From Gnetum montanum (lineage: Eukaryota; Plantae; Gnetophyta): a stretch of DNA of 64,000 bases. The notes below the pieces were generated by a model. That model was not told the DNA's origin and did no database searches. It saw only the letters and a program-made list of their open reading frames with translations. The position numbers were made by a program, and so were the translations under genes. The stretch covers positions 318,780-382,779 of the forward strand of contig MNCI01002379.1 in assembly GCA_015680685.1 (NCBI GenBank), in the 5' to 3' direction. This document shows, one piece after another, positions 52,981 through 64,000 of the stretch. The stretch's first letter is position 1, and each line of letters starts with the position of its first letter.

Positions 52981-53684
52981 GTACTTGCTCTTGCCAATTT
53001 AAATTAGGAGCAAAGTGAGTGACATTCCCTTGACGAAGGATTTACTAAATNCAGGAGCAAAGTGAGTGACATTCCCATGACGAAGGATTTACTAAATGTA
53101 AACAAGCATAGGGTAATTAAACTATGTACTGATGAAATCATGGAACGTAGCGATATTCATGGTAGTTTTAGGCTGTACCAGGCCATATGGTAGTTTTAGG
53201 TCATACCGGGCTGGTAATGTTCATGTCAATTTGTCATTTTGGATGAGTGTATAGGGCATTGTTAATTTTTTGCGAACTATAACTTTAAAGGATTTTAAAA
53301 TCTTATGGATTTTTATACGTGTCATTATGTATTCTCATATGTCTACATATGCATATTTTTTTCGTTGGTTTTAACCTTTCTCCCCTCCTTTATATAATTC
53401 TTCCTTTATTTCTAATATTTTGGCCTCGTCTCCGGAGGCTAGAATAATGAGGAATACTAGGTGTGTATGCAATAAAGATGACATAAATAATAACATGAAC
53501 ATAGTAAATTGAATGAATAAAAATAAAACTAAAAATAAATTAAATTAAGGGTGAAGATGTGGGTTAAAAAGGGATTTTGAAGTGAAGAAGGGCATCATTT
53601 GTGCTAGTGTGAGTTCTTGAACATTTGGACTGCAGTGTGAGCATCAATGTCAGCGTCAGCATCAGTGTGAGCTACAGGATAACC

Positions 53685-56600
53685 ATGAAGGGCAAAGGGA
53701 AAGCAAGTTTAGGCAAAGGAAAGAGGCAAGTAAATCTGGCATTCATGGAGGAGAGTGAAGAGCTACTCCAGCATCTCCCCCAAGCCAGGATTCCAGTATG
53801 GGATGGAACTCTATGCAGGTTCATTTCTCCTCTTTTTCTATTCAACATTTTATGTGCGTCGTTAGTAAGTGTAGCATGAGCTAGCCGTATTTTGATGACT
53901 TGCTATGTTTCTAGTATGATTTCTAGTATGATTTCGATTTTTCTATTGGATTTGCTACGTTTTCTCTCCACGTTTTCAGGGATCAGGGTTTATACTTGGA
54001 TTCATGACTTGCTGTGTTTTTGGTTCTTGTCTTTGGGGCATCATCATGAGTAATCTAGGGCATGAGTGTGAGTGAAGGGCGAGTTGAGTGCCCATCGTGA
54101 GCTAGGGCATGAGTGCCTGCTCAGCGTGAGTTCGTGCGTGAGTGTGTGTCTAATGTAAGTTGAAGCTAGGGTAATTCCCAGCGTGAGTTGAGGCAAATGT
54201 AGCATGAGCTAAGTGCCCAATGTGTGTTGGTGTGATGCTAAATGCCCAGGGTGAGCTGTAGTGTTAACTGCCTAGGCAATCCAACTATTTTCTTTCTGTG
54301 GTAGCTATTCTCTACCCCATGGTGGAAGTAAATACAGGTATGAGGGATCATCCAAAAGCGATGCTATAAGGGCTATAGGAAGGGGGGAACCACACGGTGA
54401 ATAGCACTTATGGACAGTCCCTATTAATACTACTAGCAAAGATAGCCCTTAGTTAGTTCGTGTAGCATCATGTGATCTATGCTTCCTTGCCCCCCAAGTG
54501 TATCTATCGTGCAGTCCACTCTTGTATCCTTTGGTAATGTGAGATTAATGCCCATATTTTTCTGTTCTTCGCACTCACTTTTTGAGCTAACATATATTGC
54601 AAGAAGAGTCATACTACAGTCTCTGTCGTGCTCTCATGGGCCCCTTCTATTGCTCCTAAATGGAGTCAGATCTCCAATAGCTTGGTGCAACTTACTTGAG
54701 ATAACCACAAATAAAAAAGCAATTTGGTTGAATGCACTACTCCATCTCTCAAATGCTAGTTTCTCTATGATCCCCCCTATAGGGCTAGGGAACCCTAGAT
54801 TCATATAGTAACGGGTCATCTCACTCACCCTCAGTTATAGGGGCTCACACAAATCGTTCCACTCATTTGTTCTAGGTACTCTTTCATGAGCCAAACTAGG
54901 GCATGAATGACTTGCAATGCAAGGCATAAGCTAATTGCCCAACGTGAGTTGGGGCAAACTTAGCATGAGTGTAGTTCCCAACATGAGTGGATGCTAGGAT
55001 AGTTCCCAACGTAAGCTGCCAAGGATGTCCAACGTAAGTGGATGCTAGGGTAGTTTCTTACGTAAGTTGCCAAGGATGCTAGCATGAGCTAAAACTTGAA
55101 GATGTGAATTGTTTGCTGGGATGTTCATTACTTGCTAGTTTTATGTCTATACCATTTATTATTTTCCTAAGATTGACAATTTAAACATTTTTTCAATGAG
55201 TGTTCATGTTCTATACTTGTGTGTTGATTTATTGTGAAATGGATTTCAATGTACCCTAGTGAGTGTCAAATACACTAAATAGATATCGATGTCCTTGTCT
55301 CATGCAGTGAATCTCTATATTAGATATTTTTGTATGTTTGGTTTATGTAGTGATGAATTATTTTGAGGAGTTGGACCTTTTCTTACCTATGATTTTGGCT
55401 ACATGCAGGGGGCTTAAACCTTCCCTTCTCGTGGTTGAGCTCATTGGTGTACTTGCTTGGTTTGGCCCTTTTGGACCAAGAATACCTCCGTATGATATGC
55501 ATATTGGACCTCATGTGATATGGTTCTACCCTAATTTTGGTGCATTCTTATCGTTCATTTTACAAAATTTCATCGTAATTATATGGTCTCATTTAAGTGA
55601 GCAGTTGGCACATGATATCATTGAAACCATGTTGCCGGGATCTACACAAGACATGTTTGCCTTCATTACTGACATAGATGAAGGATTTTTTACAGTTGAG
55701 GGAGGCCCTAGATCTACCCATCCCTTGAATCGTGTGTGGGAGCTACCTACTTGTAGTCATTATATCAACAACAATACACTTTTTCTATCCTTCCACGTGC
55801 ACACTCTATTCCAGAACCCACCTAGAATAGAGTGGATAGGTATGCTTTTTGTGCTTTGCTTAAATTTTGATTCCTTTAAAATTATATCGTTGTCTATGCA
55901 TAAATATCCATTTTCTATGTAGGCCTCGTTTTGATGAAAATGGGATGCATGATGATGACGGTGGGCTTGCCTTAGTGTGCACAGCATTGGAGGCATTCCT
56001 AATGGACCCATTCTTCATGCTCAAAGGCCCTTGAAAATTACCTATGCTTTGAGGGCCTTTGAGCACTACCAAGTTCATGGTTGGTTACATGAGGATTGGT
56101 CTTCTAATGGGCCAATTTTTCCTCAAAGCATTAATCCTACACCTAATGTTCCTATGCCATTTACTGATGGTAAATGATCACATCCTAGACACCATTTTCC
56201 CTTTTGTTGCATCATCATGTACTATGTTTCTAACATTTAGCTCTATGTTTCTCCTACAGCAACCATCTCTTCTAATCAAGTTACCATTATAACAAGTGGA
56301 GTAGTCACAACAATGGTTGTAGAAGAAAGCTCCTGAGTTGATCATCAGCCACTTTACCAGGGTAGGTCTGATGGACTTGTTCATTGCTTTGACTCCTAAT
56401 GTTCTGGTAATTGAGATGATCACCATTGTTGATTCTTTCAGTGATGATGCTTCCCATTTTCCTACACAAGTTTGAGGAGTCAAGGTATCTTTCCACCTGA
56501 CCACTGAGTTCCTTTCTGATCTTTTTGGCATGTCCATGGATGGTGCCAGGGTGGCCATAGATAAAGAAACTATAGAAGGCCAGGTCATAAAAGAGCTTGA

Positions 56601-59064
56601 AGAGAGGTTAGGGGTGTCTCGGTGTCCTAAAGGTTTTGGTATGCGAGATGACATTTGATTAATGGAGATGAACTTCTTGTACTCCCTTTTTCAGGAACGG
56701 GCATTTCCTAAATCTCTCTCTCAAGGAAGAAACCTTGGGATCGAGTCTGCACATGTCATACGTGTAGTCTTAGAGATGGGCATGCATTACAACTGGGCAT
56801 AGTTTCTTGGATCTGGCTTTCGTGGAGAGATTGCTAGATTATGGTCAAACATGAATGCCAAATCCCACTTCACATTTTCTTTCTTTTCGGGGTACCTACG
56901 TAGGTTTGCTAAGTTCCTAGTAGTTTATGGTGATAGCCATTATATATTGAGGGATCGTTCACAGTTGTCCTGCCCCTAGCTTTGTCATTTGTTTAGCACC
57001 ACTAGATCTCAAGACCCACCTAAACACATCGACAAATTAGTGTCTGTTACTACTGGGGGTGCAGCTAGTCGTTCCCATCATTCCCATGATAGCTTGGGAT
57101 TGGAACCGGTTGTACTACATACATCTATTAAAGGGGCTAAACATCTGATCCGTGAGACCGTTCGAAGATCTAAGGCAAAGGTGAAGAGAAATGAATGCCC
57201 AAGAAAGCCTGCCCCATAGGTGAGACCACCAAGAGGGAAGAGGATCCACTTAATACTACCAATGGAGGGTAAATATTTTATTTTATTGTTATATATTTAC
57301 ATTTTTTTCTTGTGTTTTGGTTTATATGTTATTAAACTTACATATATGCTATGTCATACTAATTCTAGGATTTTGGTGTTATTCAAAGGAAAGTCCTGAG
57401 AGGGAGAGAGAGGTCATGGCCCCGATGGTTGAACCAGAAGTGGTCATCACAGGGCCATAGGAAGAAGAAAAAGAAGAGGAATAAGTAATCAAGGAACCTT
57501 CTACCTCGCAAGAGGAATAAGTGACAAGCAACGTGGGGATGAAGCTTGCAGAGGCTTTGGATGCACTTAGGCATTCAAGTGATGAAAGAGGTGTCTTCGA
57601 TGGTTTCTTCAATGGATCTTTGCAACTTGGTGATCCACCCAAGCTAACCAGCAAAGGGCTTTTTGGTATGTTCCTTTTAGCTCAATCCATGTTTTTTTAC
57701 CTTTTACCTTTTATGAGTTATTTTTTATTATTATCTTGATTCTCCTTACCATCAAAGGTAGACGCTGAGATTTTTGAGGCACATACATCCTAGGCAGAGG
57801 TGTCAGGATCACAAGTTCCGATTGAGGTGACCTCCCCTACTTGTCCCACATCAACTGACCAACTACGTCCATGGCCTAAGATGCCTAGTAAAATGGACTT
57901 TGTCACATGTATCGTTAATGATGTGGTTGCTTGCCTACAACAAGCTCATCTAGATCTAGGTATATGTCTGTTACGTATTATGCTAAGTGTCTAGGTTTAT
58001 TGTGTTTCTTTGCTTTCATTGTTGATTATAGATGATTCATATGTGCGATACTTACACCTGTAGGTGCCAAGCTCCAATGGGATCCTTCTGAGGTAACTCA
58101 TATTTATGCCCTCCCTAAATTGTTAGGGAATATTGAGTAAGTCCCTAGAAATGTGTACGATGCATATTCTGGTTATGTCGTACAGAATGCTAAGTCGCTT
58201 TGGACTTGTAGGCATTTAGTTGAATATCTATGGGACAAGGTGCACTCATTGAAGGAAGCACTAGCAAAGGAGAGAGAGGAGAAGAGAGATCTCCAATCCC
58301 GTTATGATTTTGTTGCTACAAGGATTTCTGGTGATAGCACCTGGTGCACATCTGAAATCACCTATGTGCGTTACTAGACAATTTTGAATAGCAAAGTGTA
58401 GGTGACATGGGATTTAGCAAAACAAAGGGCACAGATGGATTTTTTGAATAGCAAATGTCACAATTGGAAATCCTTTGCTGATAAAGTACGGAAGTGGGGT
58501 CAACACCAAAAAAATCACAAGCATCAGTACAAGAAATGATTAAGGACGAGTCAATTGAACATCGCTGAATGGAAATGTTCATTGATGGGCTAGGCTTGCG
58601 TTTTGCTTACGATAGGTTTGTCGAGTGCACCGAGGTGGAGGGATCTCCCAAGAGAACCATTACTACCACTTTCAGGGAGGCTTTGACAAGCATGTTCTCT
58701 CTTGAGTGCCCTACCTGGACTTTGGTGGACAAGGGTAAAACCTTGGCTGGTATCGATCTTGGCTTGGAGGAGGATTGGGCAAATGTGGCCAAGGAGGAGA
58801 TTCTATGGCATTTGGAGGTCAGCTTAAGGCCTTCCTCACTTATGAGTGTTTTATCATGGCACTTATTTTTGTATGGTTTTATTAATTTTATTGTTAGTGT
58901 TACTGTTTTTCTTGGTTTTTCATTCATGATTTGCTTTGTTACTCTTACATGTTTTTTTGTTTTTTTTTTTTGCTCTAGTATAGGGACATGTTAATGATGG
59001 AGCTGGCCCCAGTGGAGCGAGAGTGGGTGATGAAGAGGATCTTGGGGACCAGCCCCCTCCATGA
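53685..59064 (+). pseudogene. Antisense accessory gene of element E; about 8 exons (53685-53818, 55409-55839, 55923-56169, 56260-57268, ~57389-57665, ~57758-57959, 58063-58816, 58984-59064)
   Basis: GT-AG bounded AT/T-rich introns at the same positions as in B; the exon1-exon2 join is in frame; later boundaries approximate. Confidence 0.82.
54281..54890. other. Unidentified ~600-bp segment in intron 1 of the E accessory gene
   Basis: Absent from the B intron and lacks the surrounding CAGCGTGAG repeats; boundaries uncertain. Confidence 0.4.
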
Positions 59065-59584
59065 GCTTATTGTTAATCAGGATTTTACTATTAAATGTTC
59101 AGATTTTTGGATGTTTAATGGAGATATATGATGGACAGATGTAATGACATGGATCTAATTATGGCATAATGTGTTGGAATTTTGTCACCATATTGACATT
59201 CAGTATTCTTTATTTTTACATGTTTTCTCTTTTTTATTTGTTTTCTCAAGTATTATCGTGATCATATGCGTCTAATGAATGTAAAATGAGAGAATAAAAC
59301 ATGAATAAAATATTTGTAAAAAAGGAAAGTAATGAGAAGGCATGAATCGAAATTATAACTTGTAACTTGTAAATGGAAATTTAATGTAACATAACAAGAG
59401 TTCATGAATTTGTAACTTGTTGGCTCTATTTTAAAGCAATTTCGGGCCATGTGCATCAGTTTAAAGTAATGATGGACTATCACATCTATGTTAACAAAAG
59501 AAGGATTGCCAGTTTTAGGCCATAGTGGGCTAAAAGAAATAACAATTAGGGAGCTTTAAAAGGAACCAGCCATTTCTGACTGTG

Positions 59585-59705
59585 GCTAGTTTAACGTCAT
59601 TGCGTACGTTCGTTGGCAGTTTAACATCGTACCAAACGACTGGTAGTTTAACGTCATTTTGGACAGTTGGTAATTTAACGTCATTCTGGACAAATGGTAA
59701 TTCGT
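59585..59705. repeat. 23-31 bp tandem (TAGTTTAACGTC) right after the gag-PR stop; equivalent at 29398-29480 in B
   Basis: Four copies visible. Confidence 0.8.
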
Positions 59706-59706
59706 C

Positions 59707-62700
59707 CTAATTAATGAGTTTCTTATTAATCCTTCGTAGCTTGATGTGAGGGGTAGGCCATGTAGGCACAATCTTATACTCACCTTCCCCTTCACTAGTG
59801 ACGTCAAAGGGTAGCTCCGACCAAGAGACATCAGTAGGAATGGCTCCTATGTCTGTGTTGTACGGTGCTTCCTTAGTTTTAGTAGGATCATGAGTTATCA
59901 TTGGGTTCATATCTTGAAGTATACCCATGGTTTCTTATTTAAGATCAGAGAATTCAATTTCTAGCCCTTGCTCCATTTCAAAGTGCGAGGAAGTAAGTGA
60001 TTCTGTTGTGTCCCCATGTATGATGATCTCACCACCCTCATAAGGTAGATGGATCTCTTGATGGATCAGTGAAGATACAGCTCTAAGTTGAGCTAGCCAA
60101 GGATGTCCTAGAATTAGATTACACCCTGGCATTTCATCGACCACTATGAATTCAGACGATGTGGGGAATTCGTCCCCTGCTATAAAATCCAAGGTAACCA
60201 TGCCTTTCACTACGACACGAGAACCACTGAAGGATTTTAAGAATGAAGTCGTTGTGGGCTGTATTTGCTCTGTGAGCCCCAGTTTCTCGATGACAGGGAA
60301 GGGTATTACATTCGTTGCCGTGTCGTCATCGACATGCACCCTACATATCTTGAAATGGTTAACTTATATTTTTATGAACATAAGGGCTGTAGTAACCTCT
60401 CCCATTTTCTCATCTCGCTTGATGTCATTAGTTCGAAACTCTAGGGATGTGGTTCTTGGTTCTTAAGGTTGTGGGAACAATACTGCATAAATGAATGGCT
60501 CATCTGCAAGAAGGTCCTCACTAACAAGAATTGAAGTTAACATACGCACAAAAGCCTCTTGATGTATAGTTGAAGTCATTACCAAATCATACAGTCTTAA
60601 GGAAGTATTCTTTTGTTTCAAAGCCTATGTTACTTGGGTCAATGCACTCACTAGATCTTTACCATTTGGGGCACTTTTTTCTGTGAAGACTTGGTCCATT
60701 TGACCTAGCATTCGTATCTCTCATGGATGGATTTTTGCATTAGCAACTGGGGATGTTGAGTTTGGGACCCTAGGAGTACTAATATTCTTGTCCTAGTGAC
60801 TTGTGCTAGGCTCACTAGTGGACGGACTCATAGGAATAGCATTTAACGTATGGGATTTGGTGGTCCTACTTCATACACACAACATTCCTTCTCTAGGCAC
60901 TCTTGTGTCAACTTGTCAGCAAGATGCTCTCACAGGGGACTCAGGGGAATGGTAGGGGTTGCACATCAGGGTGTTCCGACACCCAAATCACAAAGGGAAT
61001 GGGCCAGGTTTTTGATGGTGTGGTTGCTACTGCAACAAAAGGGGGTATGCGGATGATGAATGGTTTTTGTGGCATAGGGAACATGTGTATGAAGAAAGGA
61101 GTTTGAGGAGGTGTTGAGGTAGGTGTATTTTCATAGGGCTTGCAGATTACAAAAGGTTTTCACGAGACGTCCTATCCGTTCTCCACATGGATAGTGTTAA
61201 TCACATATGGTGCATCATTAGTATTGAGAGGGTCTTTATAGACTCCCATGGGTTGGTTTTGGGGCCTTACTGGGTTTTCCTAGTCAAATACTATTTCACC
61301 CCTATCGATCATGCATTATATGTCCTATTTTAAGATGAAGCAATAGTCAGTTCCATGCCCACACCGTTGGTTATATTCACAAAACCTATCTAACATAAAG
61401 CCTCTTGGAATGAGGGGCTCATTAGCTGTTGCTAAAGTTGGGTTCTTGGCCAACTCACAGAATCGATCATGTTTTTGGGACGCCATAGGGAATATTTGTT
61501 TATGTTTGATTAGCCTGGCCTTTAGAAGTTTATCTACAATTGTGAAGGTTTCACAGGCAAGGATGTATACTCGGTTGGATCCTTTCATTTGAATGTACTA
61601 GTGTGACTTGCGTTGATGTTTTTATTTGAGGAGGACTCGAGTCTAGGCATAGGTCAAGTTCTTTCATGGCTGATTGGAGTGGCGAGCTATTTTCCTCTTT
61701 GTCTTGGATGACTAGTTTGGGCCATCTCTACCACCTCTACTACCATTTTTTTGGATTTATCCTTATCTTTCCTCATATGTTGGCTCCTAAAAGTTGAGTA
61801 AGCTAGGTCATTGCTTGTTTATGTCGCCTCTTCTATGTTCTTAATTTGTACGAATGCTTGGCTCAATGTATGGACACTCAAATAATAAAGCTTCAATTTA
61901 ATAAAGTCATTCATGAATGCTTTAAGGATGGTAAGCATATATGTTTCAGGGATGGGACCGTGAAGTTTATTGAGAGCTGCACTCCACCTTTGGATAAATT
62001 TTTGCACTGGTTCTAACGGTGCTTTTTTGATCTGAATCAAGCTATCCAATTTGGCTTCAGACTTTAGATTATATTTAAAATAGGTAATGAACTGATGTAA
62101 CAAATCTTCTAGGGAGGATATGGAGTTACAGGGTAAAGCTCAGTACCAGTCTAGGGCTTTTCCCGTTAGGGACATAGAAAATACACGTAGAACTACATGA
62201 GGCTAGGCTTGAAGCAATAGACACTCTAGATGAAATGTTACTAGATGGGCACTTGGATCTCTCTCTCCATTGTACTTGGTTAGTTGAGTCAGTGAGATTC
62301 CCTTCGGAAAGGTTAATGGTAGGACTGAATGGTGGATTGGGTCGTTTTGATAGAAGTCTAGCACCTTGATTTCCTCAATGTTTGTAGTTTTAAGGCACTT
62401 TAACTCCTCAATTAATGAGTGCATCATTTTTTTTGTGTCTACCCATTCTTGGGTAGTAGGCAGACCAGTGGGTTGAATGGATTGTGATTAGTAGTAATTC
62501 GACTGTTGTATTATTTGTGGAAAGGGGGACTGTTGGATCACCGGTTATGGTGGAGCAACATTTAGAGATGAGACTGTAAGGTGTGGTATGTTGTAGTGAG
62601 TAAATTAGTGTTGCTGAATAGCTGGTGGAACCCACTGCCTAGCCACAAGTTGTGAGGTGACACCCTGAATGTGTTGGGTTGAAGTAATCAATGGTGCTCC

Positions 62701-63390
62701 ATGGGCTTGCACTTGTGGTATGTAATGGGTGGACATGGAAACTGGTATAACTGATGGCATCCCAATTATTTGAGGTTGGAAGGTTGATCCTACATTAGCT
62801 TGAGGAGGAGGTTGTCAGGGCTACATTTGCGAAGGTATGATGAAAGTGGACGTATCAAATTAACTATTGGGCATGGAGAAGGTGTGAATGGAAGTGGGTA
62901 CTTCTTGTCAGGAAACTGGTGCTCGAGTGTTTGTAGATGAAGGCAGAAGCATAGTTTCTTCTAGAAAAGGCTGGAATAATGGGTTTGTATGGGCATGGGG
63001 ACTGATGGTATCGTATGAATCTCCATGTTCAGATTGGGCTACAAAGTCATCTACCTCATCTCCACTCTAAGGTTCTATCAGAGGTGGCTGTAAAGCTTGA
63101 CTCCTTGCCATAAGAAGTTGAGATATAAGTTAGTGATGGTGTTCAGAAATGGGGATTATATAAAATGCCAAGGAAGTGAACTCATGACCTCCTTTGTAAA
63201 TAAGTTCATAGTTTCGTTTCGCTTCTCTCTCTACACGATCGATAGGCAGGTTAGCCTGAATTTTCACATAGATGAAGTTATATTGTTCAGGTGTGAGAGT
63301 TGCATAAGTAGGGTCTTTGCCTTGTAGCCTAAGTGACTAGCACATAGGACCTTGAGAGTTTATCTATTCGATAATATTTATGGATTCCAT
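59707..63390 (-). pseudogene. gag: gag-protease of element E
   Basis: KYNGERDPSAHL, FCEYNQRCGHGTDYC, HVDDD...NLILGHPWL; ends RRINKKLIN*. Confidence 0.9.
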
Positions 63391-63519
63391 AGCAGTCACA
63401 GGGTTCAAAGATTTAGCCCCAAAGTTAGAGATTGGCAATGTCACTATGTTGATCTGGGAAGATTCCATAGTGAACGTGAATAAACTGGGCTAGATGAGTT
63501 AAGCGTGTGTAAGCTAGGT

Positions 63520-63990
63520 GGTCAAGTTAGCATGAGTAACTGACAACATTAGCAAGCTGACAGCATGAGTAACTGACAGTGTGAGTAACTGATAGCATAA
63601 GCAGCTGACAGTGTTAGTAAGATGATAGCATGAGCAAGCTGACAGCATGAGTAACTGACAACATTAGCAAGCTGATAGCGTGAGTAACTGATAGCATAAG
63701 CAGCTTACAGTGTTAATAAGATGATAGCGTGAGCAAGCTGACAGCATGAGTAACTGACAACGTAAGCAACTGATAGTGTAAGCAGGCTGATAGCATGAGT
63801 AACTAACAGCGTAAGCAGCTGATAGCATTAGTAAGATGACAACTTAAGCAAGCTAATAGCATAAGCAATTGACAGCATTAGTAAACTAATAGCGTAAGCA
63901 GCTGACAGCGTGAGCAAGCTAATAGCGTGAGTAAGCTAATAGAATGAATAAACTAAGCTTAGCATGAGTAAGTCAAGCTAAGCATGTGTA
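63520..63990. repeat. 16-17 bp minisatellite (CTGACAGCGTGAGYAA-like) in the 5' UTR of E
   Basis: More than 20 copies such as ctgacagcatgagtaa and gctgacagcgtgagcaa. Confidence 0.92.
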
Positions 63991-64000
63991 AGCTAGCTTG

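Larger units (their letters stand above)
51910..64000 (-). mobile_element. Element E: B-family retrotransposon, 3'-truncated inside RT; 5' LTR beyond window end
   Basis: Collinear with B 22260-33240 over gag, protease, accessory gene and RT. Confidence 0.92.

Noticed and set aside
53006-53097. ~45-bp duplication upstream of the E RT
   Set aside because: Flanks a single n (53051) and is single-copy in B

Overview
Eukaryotic, land-plant-type heterochromatic DNA with no host gene, rRNA, tRNA or CRISPR. It is a nested stack of degenerate Ty3/Gypsy LTR retrotransposons of the Tat/Ogre-like group, recognised by RT-RH-aRH-INT order, a CxxHxxxxHxxxxC Gag knuckle and a tRNA-Asn PBS. There are four large elements: A (+, 1-13759, partial); C (+, 13760-~51914); B (-, 16710-34968, complete, TSD CATCT, inserted in the gag of C); and E (-, ~51910-64000, B-like, truncated). 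Smaller insertions are a B-family solo LTR, a young CpG-rich LTR fragment and a young GC-rich L1-like 3' fragment. In B, C and E, gag-protease is separated from RT by about 6 kb holding an antisense multi-exon gene (about 8 exons, roughly 1000 aa); A carries the same gene upstream of its RT. By my reading it encodes an FCP1/SCP (NIF, HAD-type) pseudo-phosphatase domain, a plant-transposon (Athila-ORF1/Transposase_32-like) domain and a coiled coil. Each family also carries its own CAGCGT-core palindrome, recurring at about 190-bp spacing in LTRs and spacers. Together these suggest an element-encoded trans-factor plus cis-site chromatin or anti-silencing system (hypothesis). All domain calls are by eye; no database search was run.
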